Shown here one piece after another: positions 25,505 to 32,000 of a stretch of 32,000 nt of DNA. Position numbers and translations under genes: made by a program. The stretch comes from Mycobacterium phage GardenSalsa, in the sequence record KY783914.1; one strand, given 5' to 3'. The notes below the pieces were generated by a model that saw nothing but the letters and a program-made list of their open reading frames with translations, was not told the origin of the DNA and ran no database searches. Each line of letters starts with the position of its first letter. Within the stretch, counting starts at the first letter, position 1.

Positions 25505-26097
25505 GCGACGAGTGCGAGGGCCACACCGACTCTGACATCTCCACCTACGTGGTGTCGAAGGACGAGGATGGCCGAGATGTCATCCGGTACTTCTTCCGTG
25601 GGTACATCAACGATGAGTCGGTCTCCCCGCTGATCGAGACGATGTACTACTGGGACGCGCATTACCCCGAGTCCCGGTGGGAGATCGACATCAACTCCGG
25701 TGGTGGCGAGATCTACCCCGCAATCGCCCTGTACGGCGCTGTGAGCAAGTACAGCGAGCGTCGTGGGGGAAAGCATCACATCACCACTCGCGTAGCCGGA
25801 TTGGCCGCGTCAGGCGGCGAACTGCTACTGCAGGCCGGTGATCACCGCGTCGGTGGTGCGATGGACATGATCATGATCCACGGCCCACTGTCCTCGCGTG
25901 TCGACAGTCCCATCTTCGAGATCCGCGCCGACCTTGGTCGTGGTGAAGAGTGGATGCGCCGCCTCGCCCTGATCCACTGCGAGCGTTCCCCGATGGAAGT
26001 CGATGACTTCCTGAAGGCCATTGACGTTCACCGCGATTGGTATCTGTACGCAGATCAGGCGTGGGAGTTGGGCTTCCTGGATGAGGTTGTGCAGTGA
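25501..26097 (+). CDS. ClpP-like serine peptidase
   Basis: EIDINSGGGEIYPAIALYGAV; RVAGLAASGGELLLQAGDHR (Ser); MIMIHGP (His); VHRDWYLYADQAWELGFLDEVV (Asp region). Confidence 0.85.
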   Translation: MSDECEGHTDSDISTYVVSKDEDGRDVIRYFFRGYINDESVSPLIETMYYWDAHYPESRWEIDINSGGGEIYPAIALYGAVSKYSERRGGKHHITTRVAGLAASGGELLLQAGDHRVGGAMDMIMIHGPLSSRVDSPIFEIRADLGRGEEWMRRLALIHCERSPMEVDDFLKAIDVHRDWYLYADQAWELGFLDEVVQ

Positions 26098-26480
26098 GCT
26101 GGGACGACTCCGAGGACTACGTCTACACAGAGCTGAGCCCTCAGCTGCTCGACCAGCTGCTGGACAAGAACTCGTTCCTGATGAACAAGTGGGACAAGCT
26201 ACTTGCCTGGCACCGCGCCCAGTTCCGTTGGCACGAGACACGGTTCAACACCGCGCAGAAGGTCGCTGAGTTCAAGGACAAGGGGCCTGCCACTAAGGCG
26301 AAGGCCGCGTCCTTCGCTGACGCCCAGGTGCAGCAGTGCCAGCTCGACATGGACATCGCCTACATGCAGTTGGGCACGTGCGAGCGCCGCGTCCACTCCC
26401 TTGACAAGGAAGCGATGAACCTCGGCATGCGCAACAAGCTGCTGGGCACGCTGTACAACAACGGAGGCGGGAACTACTGA
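26094..26480 (+). CDS. Hypothetical helical protein
   Basis: 128 aa, ATG overlap with upstream stop. Confidence 0.7.
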   Translation: MSWDDSEDYVYTELSPQLLDQLLDKNSFLMNKWDKLLAWHRAQFRWHETRFNTAQKVAEFKDKGPATKAKAASFADAQVQQCQLDMDIAYMQLGTCERRVHSLDKEAMNLGMRNKLLGTLYNNGGGNY

Positions 26481-26623
26481 TGGCCGACTATCCCAAGGAT
26501 GTCCGCGTCAACACTGCCGATCCACGCCTGTGGACGACCGGCCTTGTGGAGATCAACATCTCCGCGATTGTGCCTGAGGCGCAACTGATTCCACTCTTGA
26601 ACCGCATCGGAGAGATTCTGTGA
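26480..26623 (+). CDS. Small hypothetical protein (47 aa), absent from the supplied ORF track
   Basis: TGATG junction at 26478-26482 and GTGA junction downstream; MADYPKDVRVNTADPRLWTTGLVEINISAIVPEAQLIPLLNRIGEIL*. Confidence 0.7.
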   Translation: MADYPKDVRVNTADPRLWTTGLVEINISAIVPEAQLIPLLNRIGEIL

Positions 26624-26949
26624 GCAACGTACCCCTGGAGCAGCAGTTCCCGATCCCGTTCGTGCTGGCCGAGCAGCCACGCATGATGCTGAACTTCCTT
26701 GCGCTGCACAGCAACATCCCCGACCGCTACCGCGAGATGATCGCCGAATGGCTGCTGCAGTACAACACCGAGCTGGGCTACTACATCGGCACCCGCTACG
26801 GCATGGACGCCCTGCAGGAGGCTGACCTGATCGCCAGCGCAATGGCGATGCAGTTCCTGGAGGTTGTCGCCCAGGAGCGCGAGGCTGCGGACAAGCAGAT
26901 GTTCGACGGACTCGAGCAGGAGATCTTCGGCGATGGCCTACCCGAGTAA
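26620..26949 (+). CDS. Hypothetical protein
   Basis: 109 aa, GTGA overlap. Confidence 0.7.
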   Translation: MSNVPLEQQFPIPFVLAEQPRMMLNFLALHSNIPDRYREMIAEWLLQYNTELGYYIGTRYGMDALQEADLIASAMAMQFLEVVAQEREAADKQMFDGLEQEIFGDGLPE

Positions 26950-27265
26950 CGCACCGTCGCTGCCGGTCAACATCGCTGAGCTGGTGTACGTGGCGTTCAG
27001 CCACACGCTGGACTACCTGGACAAGCATGGCCACTTCCCGCCTGAGATGCAGCACAACATGCGCAAGGTCGCTCAGACGTACGAGCGTGACCGCACCGCT
27101 GCGCTGAACCAGCGTGGTGTGCCGACGCCTGTGGTGCAGAAGTACACGGCGACGGCGGCAAGCAGGCTCGCGGAGTGGATTGATGAGCAGGCTGAGAAGC
27201 ACGAGACGAGCGAGTTGGATTTCGAGCAGTGGGCGAAGGAGCTAGCCAGTGACGACCATTCTTAG
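26933..27265 (+). CDS. Hypothetical protein
   Basis: ATG at 26933 preferred over listed 26864; 110 aa. Confidence 0.6.
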   Translation: MAYPSNAPSLPVNIAELVYVAFSHTLDYLDKHGHFPPEMQHNMRKVAQTYERDRTAALNQRGVPTPVVQKYTATAASRLAEWIDEQAEKHETSELDFEQWAKELASDDHS

Positions 27266-27716
27266 GGTTGCAGGTCCGCACGGCCCCAACGGTTTTCAGG
27301 GAGATGACGGTGTCGAGCACTACAACTCCGACGTGGAGACGCCGCATGGCAACCTGGGCCAGCTGCACGTCCATCGCGAGGATGGGAAGGTCTATCTCAC
27401 GCGCACTGACCCGGTGGTACTGGTCCGACGTGGGTTCCCTGACGCGTGGGATCCTGCTGCGCTGACCGGCGCGTCGATGGTGGTGAATCCGTTGGGGTTC
27501 ACTCTGTTCCGCGTCAAGGCCGAGAACGGCTTCGTCGTCTACCGACTGCTCGAGGATGACCTCCGCTGGGAGGACGACTTCGACGGTGTCGAGAGTTTCT
27601 TGTCGAAGTACTACCTGGGGATCCTGGTGGATTCGAACTGGACGTTCGCGTTCACGCCGCCCGAGGTGTTCAAGCACGAGACGATCACCCGCCAGATGCA
27701 GATGGGATTGCCGTGA
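27249..27716 (+). CDS. Hypothetical protein
   Basis: 155 aa, GTG start, overlaps neighbours. Confidence 0.65.
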   Translation: MTTILRVAGPHGPNGFQGDDGVEHYNSDVETPHGNLGQLHVHREDGKVYLTRTDPVVLVRRGFPDAWDPAALTGASMVVNPLGFTLFRVKAENGFVVYRLLEDDLRWEDDFDGVESFLSKYYLGILVDSNWTFAFTPPEVFKHETITRQMQMGLP

Positions 27717-27976
27717 CCCAGACGATCACCATGGACTCCGATTCCGCCCTGGCGCAGGCACTCCGTGCGAATGTGCCCTACACCGAGCGTCGCTACCTTG
27801 TGCTGCGGGACGAGAACGGCGCAGTCGAGTACTCGGGGGCGATCCAGAGCTTCTCGTTCACGCCGGGTGCTGAGGTGACGGCGAAGCTGGAGCGCACTGA
27901 GGCGGTTCTTCAGCGGGAGGTTGACGCCTTCGCTGATGTCACGCGGGCCAAGTACGAAAGGGCGGGGCTGCTGTGA
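27713..27976 (+). CDS. Hypothetical protein
   Basis: 87 aa, GTGA overlap. Confidence 0.65.
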   Translation: MTQTITMDSDSALAQALRANVPYTERRYLVLRDENGAVEYSGAIQSFSFTPGAEVTAKLERTEAVLQREVDAFADVTRAKYERAGLL

Positions 27977-28194
27977 AGGTTTGGGCTGCAGCTGTCGTGA
28001 ACAACGGCGGCGATCACTACGTGTTCGTCTCGCTGAACAAGGAAGGGATCCGCGAGCAGATCCTAGAGATGGCCCGCAACGAGTGCGACGACCGCGCCTA
28101 CTTTGAGAAGTACTACGCGGATGACTACCTGGACTACGACGACTACCTGGTGGACCAGTACCTCATCCAGGCGCACGAGGAGATCGACCTGTGA
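27973..28194 (+). CDS. Hypothetical acidic protein
   Basis: 73 aa, GTGA overlap, DDYLDYDDYLVDQYL. Confidence 0.65.
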   Translation: MKVWAAAVVNNGGDHYVFVSLNKEGIREQILEMARNECDDRAYFEKYYADDYLDYDDYLVDQYLIQAHEEIDL

Positions 28195-28418
28195 GCAACT
28201 ACGACGCGATCACCTATCCGGTCAAGTACACCGACACCAACATCCTGGCCGCGTGGGTGCGTGACAAGCTGCCCGCGCTGCGGCGACTTCCCAACGGGCA
28301 CAACATGGCTGATGCCGTGTCGTCCATCCTGGCGATGCACGACGTGTTCGCCCTGGAGGCCATTGCCAAGATCTGGCAGGACCACCTCGACTACGGCTGC
28401 TGGCTACAGGACGAGTGA
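28191..28418 (+). CDS. Hypothetical protein
   Basis: 75 aa, GTGA overlap. Confidence 0.65.
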   Translation: MSNYDAITYPVKYTDTNILAAWVRDKLPALRRLPNGHNMADAVSSILAMHDVFALEAIAKIWQDHLDYGCWLQDE

Positions 28419-28813
28419 ATGAAAAGCAGTGCCGTGCAATCGTTCTCGCCCGCTGTGACAACTGCTGTGAACGGTGCGGGCGCGGTGGCCAAGTCACCAT
28501 GCACCACCGCAAGAAACGCGGCCAAGGTGGACCTTGGGAGCCCTGGAATATCGTCGGACTATGTGGCCACGGCACTACGGGCTGCCATGGCTGGGTGGAA
28601 TCTAACCCCCTGGCAGCTGCAGCTACTGGCTGGCATGTTCGGCCATGGGAAGACCCCCGAACCATCATCCCGATTCCTCTGTGGAAGTCGGGGGTACACG
28701 GTGGATCGGATTCTGCTGGACGAGGCTCTGACCAGCTAGAACGCTTCCTGTATTCACCTCTTGAGCCCCCTTATTCTGATTACATCGACACCAGCGACGA
28801 CTGGTTTCCCTGA
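28415..28813 (+). CDS. HNH endonuclease
   Basis: CDNCCERCGRGGQVTMHHRKKRGQGGPWEPWNIVGLCGHGTTGCHGWVESNP. Confidence 0.85.
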   Translation: MNEKQCRAIVLARCDNCCERCGRGGQVTMHHRKKRGQGGPWEPWNIVGLCGHGTTGCHGWVESNPLAAAATGWHVRPWEDPRTIIPIPLWKSGVHGGSDSAGRGSDQLERFLYSPLEPPYSDYIDTSDDWFP

Positions 28814-28833
28814 CCCCAAGCGAAGCGAGACAC

Positions 28834-29271
28834 ATGTCCCTGACACTTCCCATCGTCACCATCGAAGGCACCCTGACCGCCGACCCCGATCTGCGATTCA
28901 CGCAGAGCAGCGCCGCTGTGGCGAACCTGAACATCGCGTGCAACACCCGCCGCAAGAACCCGCAGACTGACCAGTGGGAGGACGGCGACACCACGTTCGT
29001 GCGCGGCACCGTCTGGAAGAAGCTGGCCGAGAACGTCGCTGACTCGCTGAAGAAGGGCGACCGCGTTCTGGCGCAGGGCACCCTGAAGCAGAACAACTTC
29101 ACGGACAAGGAAGGCAACAAGCGCTCGACGCTGGAGCTGGAGATCTCCGACATCGGTGCATCGCTGCGCTTCGCCACTGCAACCACGGAGCGTTCGTCGG
29201 GCGGCAATGGCGGCGGTGGCCGTCAGCAGGCCAACCCTGGCTGGGGCGACGGAGACGCCGACGGCTGGTGA
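28834..29271 (+). CDS. ssb: Single-stranded DNA-binding protein
   Basis: GTLTADPDLRFTQSSAAVANLNIACNTRR...TFVRGTVWKKLAENVADSLKKGDRVLAQGTLKQ; Gly-rich linker and acidic tail. Confidence 0.9.
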   Translation: MSLTLPIVTIEGTLTADPDLRFTQSSAAVANLNIACNTRRKNPQTDQWEDGDTTFVRGTVWKKLAENVADSLKKGDRVLAQGTLKQNNFTDKEGNKRSTLELEISDIGASLRFATATTERSSGGNGGGGRQQANPGWGDGDADGW

Positions 29272-29302
29272 TCAGCCACTGAGCTTGTGAACTGAACCGG
29301 TG

Positions 29303-29340
29303 AAAGGCCGGTGCCAAACATTCGAATGGCACCGGCCTTT
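29303..29340 (+). terminator. Terminator-like hairpin after ssb
   Basis: AAAGGCCGGTGCCA / TGGCACCGGCCTTT perfect 14-bp arms, 10-nt loop. Confidence 0.75.
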
Positions 29341-29361
29341 CGTGTCTCACAAGGAGATTTA

Positions 29362-29919
29362 ATGGCGCGACTAACCCCCGCCCAGGCCCGCAAGAAGCAC
29401 CAGTCCACCTTCGATGAGTTCTGGACGGCGTACCCGCGCCACACTCACATCAACGAGGCCGCGAACGAGTGGGCCAAGCTGATGGAGACCGGTCGGGATC
29501 CACTCCCGATCATCGGCGCTGCACGGCGCTACGCCGCCAGCGTGGCCGGTACGGACATGAAGTACGTTCCCGGCCCGCACAACTGGCTCAAGGCAGGCCA
29601 GTACGACGACTCGGATCTCTTCCAGGATGAGCGGCAGGCGCAGGTTACCTGGCTCAAGCAGATGTGGAAGACCGCCAACGTCAAGGCGGTCGAGAACAAG
29701 TACCACGTCACCATGCCGAAGCAGTACCCACCGGATGAGATGACCGATCCGCAGGCCATCGAGTTCTGGTACCGGGAGCAGGCCCGCTCCTGGATCACTG
29801 AGATGTACAAGGAGAAGTTCGAGAAGTGTCCGACGGCCCCCAGCCTGCCCACGATGAACGAGCCGAGCAGTCCGTCATCGGAGCAATCCTCCTCCAGCCA
29901 AATGTCTTTGGCGATCTAA
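29362..29919 (+). CDS. Replication/helicase-loader-like protein
   Basis: AAGGAG RBS; STFDEFWTAYPRHTHINEAANEWAKLMETGRDPLPIIGAARRYA...YVPGPHNWLKAGQYDD, pattern seen in phage replication proteins; adjacent to dnaB. Confidence 0.6.
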   Translation: MARLTPAQARKKHQSTFDEFWTAYPRHTHINEAANEWAKLMETGRDPLPIIGAARRYAASVAGTDMKYVPGPHNWLKAGQYDDSDLFQDERQAQVTWLKQMWKTANVKAVENKYHVTMPKQYPPDEMTDPQAIEFWYREQARSWITEMYKEKFEKCPTAPSLPTMNEPSSPSSEQSSSSQMSLAI

Positions 29920-31115
29920 AGGGTCTTCGCGGAGAGCACTTCTACCGGCCTACGCATGAGTACATCTACTCCGTGTTGCAGCGGATGTACTTGGATGGCA
30001 CCGAGATTGACGCCATCACGCTGTTCGCGGAGCTGGAGAAGGACGGCAAGCTCCGTCGGGTCGGTGGAGCGCCGTACCTCGCGACTCTGCTTGAGTCCTG
30101 CACCACGCCGAAGAACGCGGGCTACTACGCCAACATCGTCATCGAGAAGTGGAAGCTCCGCAAGGTCAACGAACTGGGCCAGCGGTTCCAGGCTCTTGAC
30201 GCCGACGATGTCTCTGACATCCCGATGATGCTCGACGCTGCCCGCACGTTCCTGGACGAGGTCGATGACCAGCAGGACATGGACGCGGTCAACTTCCGTG
30301 ACCTCTACACCATGTGGACTGAGGCCCAGGAGGATGACCGACCAGCCATCGAGTCGCCGTTCATCGGGATGAATGACCGTCTGGCGGGCGGATTCCAGCG
30401 TCAGCGGCTCTACGTCATCGGTGCGCGACCCGGCTGCGGTAAGACGATCATGGGTGCCCAGCTGGCCCTGTACGCGGCGCAGCTGCACTACAAGTCCCTC
30501 GTCTTCTCCCTGGAGCTGTCCAAGGAGGATCTGATGGGCCGGATCCTCGCTTGCGGTGCCCGTGCCGACTATGGCCAGATCACTGCCAAGCGGATGTCGG
30601 CAGAGACCATGGCGAAGGTCAGCCGGTGGGCTGGTGCCGCAGCGGAGCTGACGCTCGAGGTGGATGACCGACCGGATCACACCATCGAGTCCATCGCGCA
30701 GGCGTGCCGGATCAAGAAGCAGCGTGAGGGCCTGGACTTCGTGTTCATCGACTACCTGCAGCTGATCGAGTCGTCCAAGGGGCAGAACCGTGTTGAGGCT
30801 GTGGACCACATGGCCACTCGCGCACGGCATATCGCACGAAAGCTGGACTGTGTAGTGGTCGTGGCTGCACAGCTCAACCGCAAGATCGAGGACAACGGCG
30901 GCAAGCCCCGGCTGCCCGTGAAGTCCGACTTCCGCGAATCGGGTGGCATCGAGCAGACCGCTGATGCCGCAATCGTCCTCTCCCGACCGGTGGACGAAAA
31001 CGGAGAAGAGGCCGACAAGATGCCCATGATGAACGTGACGTTCGTGAAGAACCGAACCGGCGTGGAGGGAACCATGCAGCTCCGCGAGCGGTTCGATCTG
31101 GCGATGTTCCAGTGA
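29826..31115 (+). CDS. dnaB: Replicative DNA helicase, DnaB-like
   Basis: N-terminal PAHDERAEQSVIGAIL; Walker A IGARPGCGKTIMGAQLAL; Walker B GLDFVFIDYLQLI; KNRTGVEG. Confidence 0.9.
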   Translation: MSDGPQPAHDERAEQSVIGAILLQPNVFGDLKGLRGEHFYRPTHEYIYSVLQRMYLDGTEIDAITLFAELEKDGKLRRVGGAPYLATLLESCTTPKNAGYYANIVIEKWKLRKVNELGQRFQALDADDVSDIPMMLDAARTFLDEVDDQQDMDAVNFRDLYTMWTEAQEDDRPAIESPFIGMNDRLAGGFQRQRLYVIGARPGCGKTIMGAQLALYAAQLHYKSLVFSLELSKEDLMGRILACGARADYGQITAKRMSAETMAKVSRWAGAAAELTLEVDDRPDHTIESIAQACRIKKQREGLDFVFIDYLQLIESSKGQNRVEAVDHMATRARHIARKLDCVVVVAAQLNRKIEDNGGKPRLPVKSDFRESGGIEQTADAAIVLSRPVDENGEEADKMPMMNVTFVKNRTGVEGTMQLRERFDLAMFQ

Positions 31116-31459
31116 GCAAGCTGTGGCAGCGGGCCGACGAGTGGACTGAGCACGCCCCGTGTGCGGAGCAGATCGAGTTCATCATCAGCCCCGAGGAGCT
31201 AGGCCCGGTGCGTACGGCGGCGGTGAAGGCGACGTGTGGAACGTGCCCGGTTCGCCCCGAGTGCATCAAGCTGAACGTGCAGCCGCTGCCGGTGTTCGAC
31301 AAGCCCAGGATCAAGCTGGCGTCCCACGCGATGTGGGTGGCCGGGGAGTGGCTCCCAGACCTCACTAAGCAAACCTCCGAGGAGCTGGAGGCAAAGCGGC
31401 AGCAGCTAGTCGATAGCTTGCCAATGGAAGAAGCTCGCCGCCCTTATAGCATGCGGTAA
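31112..31459 (+). CDS. WhiB-like transcription factor
   Basis: Four-Cys pattern APCAEQ...ATCGTCPVRPECI; 115 aa; canonical G(V/I)WGG not seen (AMWVAGEW instead). Confidence 0.7.
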   Translation: MSKLWQRADEWTEHAPCAEQIEFIISPEELGPVRTAAVKATCGTCPVRPECIKLNVQPLPVFDKPRIKLASHAMWVAGEWLPDLTKQTSEELEAKRQQLVDSLPMEEARRPYSMR

Positions 31460-31584
31460 GTGTGATGTGTGTCCCAGGGTTGGGACACCTGTCAAGTAGC
31501 TATATTCCGCATTTTGGATGCGTATTTTCCGCGCCAGGCTTGTCGGACCTCGCCCGTACTGTGACGGACGCGCCGTGGCTGGGT

Positions 31585-31614
31585 GGTTGACCTGTCAAGA
31601 ACGTCAGGTTAACC
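31585..31614. promoter_or_regulatory. Imperfect inverted repeat upstream of the last gene
   Basis: GGTTGACCTG-tcaagaacgt-CAGGTTAACC, 9/10 arm match. Confidence 0.4.
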
Positions 31615-31653
31615 GACCCCCGACACGGAGCAGAACTAGAAAGTAGCTGGAAG

Positions 31654-32000
31654 TTGAGCCGCACCCGTAAGTCAGCTAAGGCAGCTGGATCGACGTTTGA
31701 GCGTCAGATCGCAGATTGCCTGCGAGATGCACTGTGTGACCCCAACATTCAGCGCGCACCACTGTGGGGAGCCGTCGACAAGGGCGACATAGTTAACGTG
31801 AGGATCGACGGGCATGACTTAGTTATACAGACTAAGAACGTAACCAAATTAGATCTTCCCAAAGGCGTCGGAGACGCTAAAGTTCAAGCGGTGAACGCAG
31901 AGGCTCTCGCGGGCCTGTTCGTCCACAAGCGGCACGGCAAGGGCGACCCCATGGACCAATGGGTTAGCTGTACGGTCGCAGAGTTAGTAGCGCTAATCAC
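31654..32000 (+). CDS. Nuclease/Holliday-junction-resolvase-like protein, 3'-truncated by window; absent from ORF track
   Basis: MSRTRKSAKAAGSTFERQIADCLRDALCDPNIQRAPLWGAVDKGDIVNVRIDGHDLVIQTKNVTKLDL... open to window end; TTG start uncertain. Confidence 0.65.
   Translation, partial: MSRTRKSAKAAGSTFERQIADCLRDALCDPNIQRAPLWGAVDKGDIVNVRIDGHDLVIQTKNVTKLDLPKGVGDAKVQAVNAEALAGLFVHKRHGKGDPMDQWVSCTVAELVALI

Noticed and set aside
28419-28739. 106-aa ORF overlapping the HNH gene
   Set aside because: Alternative frame of a gene with an unambiguous HNH motif; its ATG is preceded by the correct-frame GTG at 28415.
21750-31752. 12-mer CCCAACATTCAG occurring near 21750 and 31741
   Set aside because: Dozens of chance 12-mer pairs are expected in 32 kb; no extended similarity or shared context.
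1-32000. Search by eye for tRNA genes, CRISPR arrays, integrase, transposase, att sites and a classical repressor
   Set aside because: None recognised; repeats seen are coding tandem repeats or regulatory-size motifs. tRNAscan-SE, CRISPR finder and whole-genome context would be needed to exclude them fully.

Overview
This window looks like about 32 kb of a tailed actinobacteriophage (siphovirus-type) genome. The host is probably a mycolate-containing actinobacterium, inferred from a LysB-type esterase, a WhiB-like protein and the high GC content. Left arm, + strand, 1-16.5 kb: 3' part of a tape measure gene open at the window edge, minor tail/receptor genes, LysA, holin-like genes, LysB and an NrdH-like redoxin, closed by a strong 11-bp-stem terminator. 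Middle, - strand, 16.57-21.40 kb: a block of about 12 small accessory genes, including a predicted nucleotidyltransferase, two lipoproteins, a cupin-like protein, Cys-rich proteins, and a protein sharing a 23-aa segment with a tail protein. A divergent control region (21.40-21.96 kb) carries three exact copies of GTGATTACAGGA plus related palindromes. Right arm, + strand, 21.96-32 kb: ERF-type recombinase, an 18-aa all-hydrophobic ORF, a RecB/Cas4-like nuclease whose conserved N-terminus has no ATG/GTG/TTG start, a ClpP-like serine peptidase outside the structural genes, HNH nuclease, SSB, replication/helicase-loader-like protein, DnaB helicase, WhiB-like protein, and a nuclease/resolvase-like gene running off the right edge. 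No tRNA, CRISPR array, integrase or transposase was recognised. All family assignments are by eye from motifs; no database search was run.
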